Origin: an uncultured Chloroflexia bacterium
GTDB taxonomy: Bacteria; Chloroflexota; Limnocylindria; Limnocylindrales; CSP1-4
Direction of reading: 5' to 3'
Length of the DNA stretch: 64,000 nt
NCBI GenBank assembly: GCA_963777975.1
Contig: CAVZSO010000003.1
Span: 9,111-73,110, forward strand
Position 1 is the stretch's first letter. Each line of letters opens with the position of its first letter. The translations under genes and the position numbers were made by a program. The notes under the pieces were generated by a model that had not been told where the DNA came from, did no database searches, and saw only the letters and a program-made list of their open reading frames with translations. This document shows positions 19,689-28,775 of the stretch, piece after piece.

Positions 19689-21029
19689 TCAACCAGGGGC
19701 GAGGGCGAACAGGTGCCACGTATCGGGGACACCCTTGAGCTGTCGCTCGCCGCGGTCCTCGAAGCGCATGCCCGAGCCGGCGACGAGATCCTTGACGGTG
19801 CTCGAGACGAGCACCTCGCCCGGCCCGGCGAGCGACGAGATGCGCGCGCCGATCGATACGCCTATCCCGACGATCTTGCCGTCGCTGATCTCGAACTCGC
19901 CGGTATGGAGGCCGGCCCGGATCTCGAGGCCGATCGCCCGCAACGGCACGCGGAGAGCGGCGGCAGCCTGGACGGCACGAGCCGGACCGTCGAAGGACGC
20001 GAAGAACCCATCACCGGCGGTATCGAGCTCCTGGCCGCGGAACCGCGCCAGCTCGCGACGCACGACGGCGTGGTGGCGTTCGAGCAGCTCGCGCCACGCC
20101 GTGTCTCCGAGGCGGGCGGCGAGCTCCGTGGAACCCACGATGTCGGTGAAGAGGATGGTCATCAGCACCCGTTCGCGGACCTGCCCGTCGGTCAGGCGTG
20201 AGACGAAGCGTTCCGTCTCGGCCATCGTCGCCTGGTGGGCCTCGTCGTCGACCCACGTGTAGACGCCCTCGAACGGCGGCAGGTCTACGACTTGCGCGCC
20301 CCGGATGCGCTCGGCCGCGTATTGCGCCGGCCCCGGGTTCGTCGGCCGGGGGAAGATCAGCGTCGGCACGCGGACGGCCCGGAGGATGTCGCTGACGTCG
20401 AGCTCCATCTCGGTCCGGAACGCCGTCAGGGCGGCCCCGGGGCTCAGGCTCCGACGCATGTGCCAGACGAACCAGTCGACGAACGCCGGATCGGATGAGA
20501 CCCCGGGGGCCCATTCGCGGGCCAGCTGCTCCAGGTAGGCTCGATCGCCCCAGCCGGCACGAACCTCGGCAAGGCGCTGCCGCCACGCCTCGGCCGTGCG
20601 AGCCCACGGGTAGTCGTCTGCCCGTGTTCCCCTGATCGTCGGGTCGAAGAAGACGAGGCCCATGCAGCGCTCGGGGTACGTTGCGGCGAAGAGAGCGTTC
20701 GTGCCCGTGCTCGAGCCGCCACCCCACAGCACGGCGCTCTTCGATCCCGCGGCGTCCATGACCGCGCGGATGTCGTCCATCGCCGTCTCGATGGACTGCA
20801 CCTCGCGGACGCGGTCGGAGAGACCCGTGCCGCGCTTGTCGAGCATCAGCAGGCGACCCATGGCGGCGAGACCCTCGACGTGCCGGACGAGCAGCGGCTG
20901 CTCCCACGTCGACAGCAGGTCGCCGGTGATCCCACGTACGAAGACGATGTCGGTCGGGCCGTCGCCGACGACCTGGTAGGCGATAGCGACGTCGCCACTT
21001 CGAGCGTACGAGACGTCAGGCGGTGTCAT
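19689..21029 (-). CDS. Alpha/beta-hydrolase fused to class III adenylate/guanylate cyclase (LipJ-like architecture)
   Basis: DKRGTGLSDR hydrolase part; TILFTDIVGST, DTAGDGFFA, RAGLHTGE, GARISS cyclase motifs. Confidence 0.92.
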   Translation of the reverse strand: MTPPDVSYARSGDVAIAYQVVGDGPTDIVFVRGITGDLLSTWEQPLLVRHVEGLAAMGRLLMLDKRGTGLSDRVREVQSIETAMDDIRAVMDAAGSKSAVLWGGGSSTGTNALFAATYPERCMGLVFFDPTIRGTRADDYPWARTAEAWRQRLAEVRAGWGDRAYLEQLAREWAPGVSSDPAFVDWFVWHMRRSLSPGAALTAFRTEMELDVSDILRAVRVPTLIFPRPTNPGPAQYAAERIRGAQVVDLPPFEGVYTWVDDEAHQATMAETERFVSRLTDGQVRERVLMTILFTDIVGSTELAARLGDTAWRELLERHHAVVRRELARFRGQELDTAGDGFFASFDGPARAVQAAAALRVPLRAIGLEIRAGLHTGEFEISDGKIVGIGVSIGARISSLAGPGEVLVSSTVKDLVAGSGMRFEDRGERQLKGVPDTWHLFALAPG

Positions 21030-21186
21030 GCGCGGAGTGTCGCGCATCAGCGCGCCGAGCGACGGGCGCGAGGCGCTCATCACGTACCTTCGGCGCTACG
21101 GGCGTGAGGTTCGACCGAAGCTAGAGAGCGTCAACCGAGAACGACTCACCGACACCTAGCGAACCGGCATCGAGATGTTGTTGTTC

Positions 21187-21262
21187 TGGCGCGCCCGGCA
21201 GGATTCGAACCCGCGACCTGATGGTCCGAAGCCATCCGCTCTATCCACTGAGCTACAGGCGC
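21187..21262 (-). tRNA. tRNA-Arg(TCG)
   Basis: GCGCCTG...GATGG-CTTCGGA-CCATC...GGTTCGAATCC...CGGGCGC-G-CCA; TACAAT upstream. Confidence 0.95.
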
Positions 21263-21316
21263 ACGCAGGACGATTGTACGGCGTGCCCGGCGCCGACCGA
21301 CTGAGGTCGCAGCGCC

Positions 21317-21638
21317 CTAGCGCGTCTCGGGCGGTGCGAAGACGACGATCAGCTCGAGATCCTCGACGATGTCGTGGAAGCGGTGCGGCACGTTGGCGCC
21401 GACGAAGATCGTGTCGCCCGGTGTGATCTTCGCGCTCGTCGCCGCCCACGGTCACCCGGGCGCGCCCACCGACGACGACATAGACCTCGTCCTCGAGATG
21501 CGGCGACTGCGGGTCGATGCCGCCGGCCGGCAGTCGGTAGTAGCCGACGCTCATGGTCGACACGCGCAGGAACTCGTGGTACAGGCGGTCGAGCGACTCG
21601 CGTGCCGTGCGCAGCTCGTCGAGGCTCCAGGCCTCCAT
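21317..21638 (-). CDS. Cupin domain protein (frameshift near 21430)
   Basis: DPQSPHLEDEVYVV and, after the shift, PGDTIFVGANVPHRFHDIVEDL. Confidence 0.85.
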
Positions 21639-21648
21639 GAGCGACCTC

Positions 21649-22467
21649 CTAGCTCGGCGCTGCGAGGTCGCGGCGCGGGAAGACGACGAGCGACCAGACG
21701 ACACCAGCCAGCACGGCCGCGCCGAGCACGACGAGGTCGCTCAGCCTGGCCTGGCCGAGGAGGACCGACTGCGGATCGAGGTAGTGGAAGAGCGACAGCG
21801 GCTGGAGCGGCTTGGCGGCATCCCAGAGCGACCCGAGCACCTCGAGGAAGTAGGACACGACGGTGAAGCCGAGGGCGATCCCGAGCGCCGGCGCCAGCCG
21901 GTCGAACGATACCGAGGCCGCCAGCGCGACCGAGCCGAAGGCGAGGTAGAGGAGCGTGGCGTTGAGCCACAGCAGCGGCATCATGCTGATGTCGAGCTGA
22001 TCGAGGACCCCGAAGACCGCCGACGAGACCACGGTCCCGACCAGCGCCGCTGCGGTCGCGATGCCGACGAAGACGATCGTCGCCACGAACAGCGTGCCGT
22101 AGGTGGCGCGCCGGGAGACGGGGCGGGCGAGCAGGACCTCGAGCGTGCCGCGCTGCCGTTCCCCGGCCACGGCAGCGGCCGCGAAGCCGACCGCGAAGAC
22201 GCATGACAGCGCGACCGCGATGGGATGGATGATGCCCAGCGCGATGGAGCCTGGCAGGGTGAAGATGTTGCCGCCGCCGAACTGGGTGAGCTGCTCCGGG
22301 ACCGCGCCTGACTCCACGATCTGCTTGAACTGCGCGCCGAGCGCCGTGTCGATGAGCTGGGCGTAGACGAGCGGCATCAGGACGCCCCAGATGGCCAGCC
22401 CGACGACGACCACGAGCAGCTTCGTGCGCTGAGCGACGAACGTCCGACCGAGCAGCACCCGGTCCAT
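21649..22467 (-). CDS. ABC-2 type transporter permease
   Basis: AGERQRGTLEVLLARPVSR motif; six TM segments. Confidence 0.9.
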   Translation of the reverse strand: MDRVLLGRTFVAQRTKLLVVVVGLAIWGVLMPLVYAQLIDTALGAQFKQIVESGAVPEQLTQFGGGNIFTLPGSIALGIIHPIAVALSCVFAVGFAAAAVAGERQRGTLEVLLARPVSRRATYGTLFVATIVFVGIATAAALVGTVVSSAVFGVLDQLDISMMPLLWLNATLLYLAFGSVALAASVSFDRLAPALGIALGFTVVSYFLEVLGSLWDAAKPLQPLSLFHYLDPQSVLLGQARLSDLVVLGAAVLAGVVWSLVVFPRRDLAAPS

Positions 22468-23408
22468 CAGCTCTGACCCTTCACGACGCCAGGTCCTCGG
22501 CGTAGAACTCCAGGAACGCCTCCTCGAGATGGGCCGGCTCGATGGTCAGGTCGGAGAGCTGGGTCGCCGGCGATGGCCCGCAGGAATGGGCTCGGGTCGC
22601 CCTGCAGCTGGCAGCTCAGCAAGCCGTCGGCGAGATGCACGTCGCTCACCCCGGGCACGCCGTCGAGCACCGGCGCTGGGCCGGTCAGGCGCATCTCGAC
22701 GTAGCGCTTGCGACTCGACAGCAGGACGCCGACGTCCTGGAGGGCGACCAGCCGACCCTGGCGGATGATGGCCACCCGGTCGCACACGCGTTCGACCTCG
22801 GACAGCACGTGGGAGGAGAGGAAGATCGTCCGTCCCTCTCGCTTGAGCTCGTCGAGCAGGTCGTAGAAGGCGCGCTGCATGAGCGGGTCGAGGCCCTCGG
22901 TCGGCTCGTCGAGGATGGCCAGCTCGGGGTCATGCTGGAGGGCCTGGATGACGCCGATCTTCTGGCGCATGCCGCGCGAGTAGTCGCGCACCGGCCGTCG
23001 GAGGGTGGCCGCCGACATCTCCAGCCGATCGGCGATGGCCTGTCGCCGGACCGCCGGCCGACGATAGAGGCGGCACAGGTAGTCGAGGATGTCCTCGCCG
23101 CTCATCGTGTCGTAGAGGGCGATGCCGCCGGGCAGGTAGCCGACTCGTCGGCGGATGGCCAGGTTGTCGCGGCCGGCATCGAGCCCGAGCACGCTGGCCG
23201 TGCCGGCCGTGGCATGGAGGTAGCCCAGCAGGAGCCGGATGGTCGTGCTCTTGCCCGCCCCGTTGGGACCGAGGAAGCCGAAGATCTCGCCCTGCTGGAC
23301 GTCGAGGTCGAGGTCGACCAGCGCATCCACGGGGGCCGAGCCTCGGCCGAGCCGGCGGCCGCCGCCAAAACGCTTGCTGAGCCCGTCCGTATGGATGACG
23401 GCGGTCAA
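22467..23408 (-). CDS. ABC transporter ATP-binding protein
   Basis: GPNGAGKST, YSRGMRQK, ILDEPT. Confidence 0.95.
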   Translation of the reverse strand: MTAVIHTDGLSKRFGGGRRLGRGSAPVDALVDLDLDVQQGEIFGFLGPNGAGKSTTIRLLLGYLHATAGTASVLGLDAGRDNLAIRRRVGYLPGGIALYDTMSGEDILDYLCRLYRRPAVRRQAIADRLEMSAATLRRPVRDYSRGMRQKIGVIQALQHDPELAILDEPTEGLDPLMQRAFYDLLDELKREGRTIFLSSHVLSEVERVCDRVAIIRQGRLVALQDVGVLLSSRKRYVEMRLTGPAPVLDGVPGVSDVHLADGLLSCQLQGDPSPFLRAIAGDPALRPDHRAGPSRGGVPGVLRRGPGVVKGQS

Positions 23409-23442
23409 GGAACGGACGATCTCGCGGCGGTCTGGGCGGCGA

Positions 23443-24132
23443 CTAACGGTCGCTTGGTCGCCGGTTGACGACCCACCAGCCGAACGGGAGCACGGCCGCC
23501 GCGAGCACGACCTTCAGCGCGTCACCGAGAAGGAAGGGCCAGAGGCCGTAGTCGAGGGCGGTCGCCACCGGGACGTCGATGGCGACCTTCAACCAGCTCA
23601 CGCCGAGCGTGAAGATGATCGTCTCGCCGATGACCATGGCCGCCAGCGCGCCGAAGAACCGGCGATCCCAGCCCAGCTCTGCCAGCCGTCCGACGACCGC
23701 CGCCGCGACCACGAAGCCGATCAGGTAGCCACCGGTCGCGCCGAGCACCCACTGACCCTCCGGTCGGGCGATGATCGTCGCCAGGCCCGAGCGGTAGACG
23801 CCAAGGTCGGCGTCGTAGGCGAAGACCGGCAGCCCGATGATGCCCAGGGCGAGGTACAGGATGGCCGCCGCCGACCCGCGCCGGAAGCCGAGCAGGGCGC
23901 CGGTGAAGATGACGCCGAAGGTCTGCAGCGTGACCGGCACGATCGGATTGCCCGGCAGGTAGAAGCTGATGCGGGCGCCCAGGATGATGAGCAGCGTCCC
24001 CATGCCGACCAGCATCAGGTTCCGGACACGGGCGCTGATGTGCTCGCTGACGCGGATGGGAACCAGGAAATCGCCGAGGGTCAGGCCGCGTTCGACCGGC
24101 GGAACGCGCAGGAGGCGGGCGGAGCTGACCAC
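23443..24132 (-). CDS. bioY: Biotin ECF transporter S-component BioY
   Basis: PVTLQTFGV, YLALGIIGLPVFA, TGGYLIGF, PFLLGDALK. Confidence 0.92.
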   Translation of the reverse strand: MVSSARLLRVPPVERGLTLGDFLVPIRVSEHISARVRNLMLVGMGTLLIILGARISFYLPGNPIVPVTLQTFGVIFTGALLGFRRGSAAAILYLALGIIGLPVFAYDADLGVYRSGLATIIARPEGQWVLGATGGYLIGFVVAAAVVGRLAELGWDRRFFGALAAMVIGETIIFTLGVSWLKVAIDVPVATALDYGLWPFLLGDALKVVLAAAVLPFGWWVVNRRPSDR

Positions 24133-24141
24133 GGCCGGATG

Positions 24142-25185
24142 CTACCAGACGAACCGGAGCGCGGCGGGCAGGACGCGGAAGGTGAACGGGTCCCGGCCGA
24201 GGAGCTCGCCATCGGCCTGCAGGTAGACCGGTCCCCGGCCGTCGGCGACCTCGACCGAGAGGCTCGCCGTGCGGCGCACGGTGACCTGTGGCGAGCGCAG
24301 GTGATCACCGCTCCGGATGCGCCAGGCGAAGGTCACCAGCTCCCAGCGGGACGTGGCGTCGATGAGCACGGCATCGAAGAGGCCGTCGGTCGGGTCGGCG
24401 TCTGGCGCCACGTGCATGCCACCACCCTCGTAGCCACCGAGTGCCAGCTCGATCGACTCCACCGATCGCGTCTCCTCCGCGCCGTCGGCGTCCCAGCGCA
24501 GGTGCAGGCTGCGGTCGCGCCAGTCGACGATGGTCAGCAGCGACGCCGCCGTGTAGAGGTAGGCGCCCAGGCGCGGCGGGAAGCGTGCCGTGCGCTGGGC
24601 GACGAAGGGTGAGAAGCCGACCCCCGCGCCGTTGATGAAGTAGCGGGCCTGGCGCTCGTGGTCCGGGACGCCGGGTTCGTCGGAGACCGCGGCATCGGCG
24701 ATCGGTGGCTCCGGGGTCGGCCGCCCGGCCACCAGGGCCGTGGTCCGGTAGGTCGTCTCGCCGATGTCCACGCCGCGCGCTGCCGTGGGGTCGCCCGCGA
24801 TCACCGTCGCGAAGCGATCCGCCAACACGGATGGGTCGCGCGGGATGTGCAGGCCGCGCGCGTAGTCGCTGCCTCGACCGGCTGGCACCAGGCCCAGCGC
24901 CGGCAGGTCGTCGGCCGGGCGTGGCGTGCCCGAGCCATCGTCATGGAGCAACCCGTTGACGACCTCGTGGAGTGTCCCGTCGCCACCCACCGCGAGCACC
25001 AGCGGCGCGCCGGCGTCCGCGGCCGCATGCGCGAAGTCGGCGGCCTCCATGGCCCGCGTGGTGAGCCGCACGTCGTAGCCGACCTGCCGGGCGTCGAGCT
25101 CCGCGGCCAGCGCCGGCCAGACGCGCGCGAAGGCGCCTCGACCGGCTCCCGGATGCGCGATGACCACGACGTCGGTCGATGCCAT
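24142..25185 (-). CDS. Diacylglycerol kinase family lipid kinase (YegS/BmrU-like)
   Basis: HPGAGRG, GGDGTLHEVVNG, PAGRGSDYAR, YFINGAGVGF, QADGE. Confidence 0.9.
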   Translation of the reverse strand: MASTDVVVIAHPGAGRGAFARVWPALAAELDARQVGYDVRLTTRAMEAADFAHAAADAGAPLVLAVGGDGTLHEVVNGLLHDDGSGTPRPADDLPALGLVPAGRGSDYARGLHIPRDPSVLADRFATVIAGDPTAARGVDIGETTYRTTALVAGRPTPEPPIADAAVSDEPGVPDHERQARYFINGAGVGFSPFVAQRTARFPPRLGAYLYTAASLLTIVDWRDRSLHLRWDADGAEETRSVESIELALGGYEGGGMHVAPDADPTDGLFDAVLIDATSRWELVTFAWRIRSGDHLRSPQVTVRRTASLSVEVADGRGPVYLQADGELLGRDPFTFRVLPAALRFVW

Positions 25186-25195
25186 CCGCGTGCGG

Positions 25196-25573
25196 TCAGC
25201 CGTCGGCGGCCAGGTCGTCGGTGATCGAGAAGCGCAGGCGACCCATGTTGACCTCGTACAGCTCGACCTCGAGGCGATGGCGCCCGGCCGCCAGGGGCTT
25301 GCCCTCGACGAAGAGCGTGATCCGATCGCCGACGGCGACCCGGATGGGATTGCGCGGCGACACGTCCTTGGCATGGAGCGGCGTCGCATCGCCGTCGCGC
25401 ACAGCCGAGACCGCCTCGACCGGGATGGCTCGTCCGTCCACGTCGAGGCGCCCGATGCCGACCAGGGTGCCCGCTCCCATCGGGTTCTGGGCCTGCAAAC
25501 GGAAGCCGGTTGGCGTGTTGCGCAGGCTGCCGGACACGTAGAAGCGGCGGGCTAGGAAGCCTGGCACATTCAT
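25196..25573 (-). CDS. Hypothetical beta-rich protein, first gene of the DAGK-family operon
   Basis: 125-aa ORF with coding-like codon use; TATGCT 6 nt upstream of the ATG. Confidence 0.75.
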   Translation of the reverse strand: MNVPGFLARRFYVSGSLRNTPTGFRLQAQNPMGAGTLVGIGRLDVDGRAIPVEAVSAVRDGDATPLHAKDVSPRNPIRVAVGDRITLFVEGKPLAAGRHRLEVELYEVNMGRLRFSITDDLAADG

Positions 25574-25615
25574 CCGGGCAGCATAGCCGTCGGGCCGCGC
25601 GCCGAAGGCGGGACG

Positions 25616-26347
25616 TCAGCGCATGCCGGGACGGGGCTCCAGATCGGTCGGCACGACGATGACCCAGTGACCGGCGAGCGGCCCCGACCAGGTGCTCTGT
25701 CGGGGCACGAAGGTGCGGGCCAGGGTCCGCACCGAGATCCGCTCGCCCGGTCGCGGGCTCCGGCCCCAGGTCAGGCTGGAGCGGGGGTAGAGCGGATCGA
25801 GGATGTCGACATCGGTCACGCGCGCGTCGTCCGTCGTGGCCGGGTCCCCGGTGGCACGGAAGCCGCTCATGACCCACGCGTGCCGGCCGCCCCAGACGAG
25901 CAACCCGACTGGTTTGCCGGTCCGTCGGATGGCCTTGGCCGCAGCGGTCAACGCCTCTTGCATGGTGGGGTAGCCGATGACGCTGTAGGTATCGACGTGC
26001 AGGCGGTTGAGGGCAGCGGCCCAGCCGTGGACGGAGGCACCGCGCCGCTTCGGCATCCAGCTCGGGCGAGGCGGACTCAGCTTGCGCGCCAGCGCCCAGT
26101 AGCGTCGCTGCGTGGCGGCCGAACGGTCGTTCCGGCCGGGACCGATGTTCTGCATCATCTGGATGCTGGCGCCGACGCACTGGACGAGGTTCGTCTGGGA
26201 GACGAAGTCGCCGGGGCGATAGAGATCGATCTCGAATGGCGCGCGAGCTTCGACGGAGGCGACGCCTGCCAGGCTGCTCGGAGCGCCGATGGTGATCGCA
26301 GCCAGGGTCGCCAGGGCGACCCGACGCGGCCAGGACAGCCGGGTCAT
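25616..26347 (-). CDS. Secreted protein, putative C39-like (papain-fold) cysteine peptidase
   Basis: Signal peptide with RR; QTNLVQCVGAS, GRHAWVMSG and ILDP give the Q/C-H-D order. Confidence 0.7.
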   Translation of the reverse strand: MTRLSWPRRVALATLAAITIGAPSSLAGVASVEARAPFEIDLYRPGDFVSQTNLVQCVGASIQMMQNIGPGRNDRSAATQRRYWALARKLSPPRPSWMPKRRGASVHGWAAALNRLHVDTYSVIGYPTMQEALTAAAKAIRRTGKPVGLLVWGGRHAWVMSGFRATGDPATTDDARVTDVDILDPLYPRSSLTWGRSPRPGERISVRTLARTFVPRQSTWSGPLAGHWVIVVPTDLEPRPGMR

Positions 26348-26488
26348 GAGCGGAACCTTACCATCGGGCACCGGATCGGCCCGCTCGATCGACTCCTGCT
26401 GGAGGTCCGAGGCGAGACGGCGATCGCCACGAACCGCTGCCGCGCATGCGATACTTCGCGCTCGCGGCGCGCCTGTGGCGAGCTCCTT

Positions 26489-26565
26489 GGTGGCCTTAGC
26501 TCAATCGGCAGAGCATCGGATTGTGGCTCCGAAGGTTACGGGTTCAATCCCCGTAGGCCACCCCA
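26489..26565 (+). tRNA. tRNA-His(GTG) with encoded G-1
   Basis: G-GTGGCCT...TCGGA-TTGTGGC-TCCGA...GGTTCAATCC...AGGCCAC-C-CCA. Confidence 0.96.
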
Positions 26566-26632
26566 CCACCCGGCTGCACGAGGCCCCGCCCGGCGAGGCG
26601 CCCTCGCGCGGTCGCGGCCTCGACATGCGAAC

Positions 26633-27484
26633 TCAAGGCGATGATCGCCAGGTTGCCGTCGTCATGTCCAGGTTGCCGATCACCGAGCGGTAGTACTTGC
26701 CGGGCTTGGGCGGGTCCATGATGGCCTTCATGCCCGCCGTCCTCGAGGAGTCGAAGCCGAACGCGTAGGTGTGCGTCGCACTGGGACTGCTCCAGAAGAG
26801 CTGCTGCATCGTCTGGTCGGCCGTGAACAGCCCCCGCACGATGTACGAGACCGAGCTCATCGGCGCCGCGAAGACCGCTTTCGCACCGGTGCGCAGGAAG
26901 CCCGCACCATAGTTGTCGACGCGCTTGATGGCCGTCGACTTCGAGGGATCCGCCCGACCAGGCTCCGAGCTGCCGGCCGTGTAGCAGGCATGGTTCAGGA
27001 TGACCACGGCGTTGGGAGCCAGATGGAGATAGTTCCGGATGTAGTACTCGCCCCAATGCTTGAGGTTCGAGTTGCCGTTGCCGGACGACTTGTTGAGTCC
27101 GAGGCCATCTTTGGTGTACGGCTGGTACGGCTTGTACGGGCTCGGCCAGCCGTTGCCATGGCCGAGGTAGATCAGCAGGTTCGCGCCCTGGGCCTTGGTC
27201 CTGACCTTGTACCAGCTGGCGTTAGGGCTGTAGATCTTGACGACCGACGCGCCATAGCCTGAGGCGATCGCTGCCAGCGCATTCGCCTGGTCGCGGTACT
27301 TGGCCGTCCGGGATTCATTGGGTCCGACGATGATCACGACCTTGTGCGGAACGGCCCCGAAGACCGCTGTGGGCGGGCTCGCCGCCAGTCCGCCGACCGC
27401 CAGCAAGGCCGCGAGGAAGACGACGGTGAGTCGTGCGAAGCGATGGCCAGACGCCCGCTGGGCGCCGTCGGTGGGTACAGACAA
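26633..27484 (-). CDS. Secreted protein, putative clan CD (caspase/gingipain-fold) peptidase
   Basis: Signal peptide; LIYLGHGNG and VILNHACYTAG His-Cys dyad pattern; SD AGGAGG. Confidence 0.7.
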   Translation of the reverse strand: MSVPTDGAQRASGHRFARLTVVFLAALLAVGGLAASPPTAVFGAVPHKVVIIVGPNESRTAKYRDQANALAAIASGYGASVVKIYSPNASWYKVRTKAQGANLLIYLGHGNGWPSPYKPYQPYTKDGLGLNKSSGNGNSNLKHWGEYYIRNYLHLAPNAVVILNHACYTAGSSEPGRADPSKSTAIKRVDNYGAGFLRTGAKAVFAAPMSSVSYIVRGLFTADQTMQQLFWSSPSATHTYAFGFDSSRTAGMKAIMDPPKPGKYYRSVIGNLDMTTATWRSSP

Positions 27485-27886
27485 CAGTCGTGCCTCCTAT
27501 CTACCAGAACGCCGCGCTCACGCGTGGCGACGATGGGTGGCCGCGGTTGGCAGGCTGGATGGATGGCCGAGCCGGGCGACGACGTGGATCGTGCCCGCGA
27601 GTCGGTGGCGACGCACCGCCGGATGGGCGACCGACCGATCGACCGGTGAACCGGATCCGAGAAGGTCGGGACGACACCCGACCTGGCGCGACGACAGGTT
27701 CCTGCCGTGGGGCGGCGGTCTTCGATTGTCCTGTCTGTCGGGGCTGCCCGTCGACGTCCAGTATCACAGGCTCGTGCGAAACCAGCCCCATGTGGCGCGA
27801 CGAGCCCGGTAACGGTGCGACCACGGGGCCCAAGGCGCAAGCCGTACCTTCGACTCGGACCCGTCGACGATGGATAGACTCCCGGC

Positions 27887-28636
27887 ATGCCTTGGCTGGA
27901 ACCGTTCGCAACGTTGATCGACCCCGGCGGGGGTCCGCTCGCGGCGGCCGACGTCGCCATCGAGGACCCGACCGCTGGCAGGATCGAGGGGTCGGCCGCC
28001 GTGGTCGCCTTCGTGGCCGACAGCGCGGCCTGGCTCGAGGCCCGCCAGGCGGTCACGCGCCACGTCGCGACGACGGTCGGCGGCGGACGCCGGGTCGGAG
28101 AGTTCGAGGTCGACCTGACCGTCGACGGGCGCCGGCTGACGCTGCCGGTCGCGGTCATGGTCGAGCCGCAGTCCTCGGGCCGCCCGACCGAGATCCGCAT
28201 CTACCACAGCCAATGGCCCCTCCTGGGGCACCACCGCGTCCGCCCTCCCCTGCTGGCGGCCGATCCGTCGGTGCGCGAATCGGATGTCGTCGGCACCTAC
28301 CAACGGGCGCTGGCGGCGGGCGATGCGGCCACGATCACCCAGACCTTCGAGCCCGACGGCTGCTTCCGGGAACCCGCCGGCCCCCAGTTCCGCGTCTGCG
28401 GCACGGTCGACCTCGCTGCCTTCTACGCGCGCTTCTTCAGCGCCGGCGGCGGCATCGTCCTGGAGCACTGCACGGTGACCGAGGACGGCGTCCGGACGGC
28501 ACTCGAGTTCAATGCCGTGCGCTGGGGCGGCGTGGCGCTGCCGCCGCAGGCCGGCATCGCCGTCTACGAACGCGGCGCGACCGGGCGCATCGCGCACGCT
28601 CGCGTCTACGACGACGTCGAGGGGCCTGTCGAGTAA
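27887..28636 (+). CDS. Tandem SnoaL/NTF2-like domain protein
   Basis: Two similar halves (TFEPDGCFREP, IAVYERGATGRIAHARVYDD); TAGACT 6 nt upstream. Confidence 0.8.
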   Translation: MPWLEPFATLIDPGGGPLAAADVAIEDPTAGRIEGSAAVVAFVADSAAWLEARQAVTRHVATTVGGGRRVGEFEVDLTVDGRRLTLPVAVMVEPQSSGRPTEIRIYHSQWPLLGHHRVRPPLLAADPSVRESDVVGTYQRALAAGDAATITQTFEPDGCFREPAGPQFRVCGTVDLAAFYARFFSAGGGIVLEHCTVTEDGVRTALEFNAVRWGGVALPPQAGIAVYERGATGRIAHARVYDDVEGPVE

Positions 28637-28775
28637 CGGTCGAGCATCGTCATCGAGCCCGCACATCGGGCTGCGCGATCGACCCTTGGCCTGGCTCGAC
28701 AGCGCTCCTACTATTCAGAGCGGCTCGTCGGCGACGTTTGGCGCCAGGAAGGGGCGAGTCGGAGGGAGGGATCCG

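Noticed and set aside
21187-26565. att-site duplications of the tRNA-Arg or tRNA-His 3' ends
   Set aside because: No second copy of either 3' end was noticed in the window by eye; an exact-match search should confirm.
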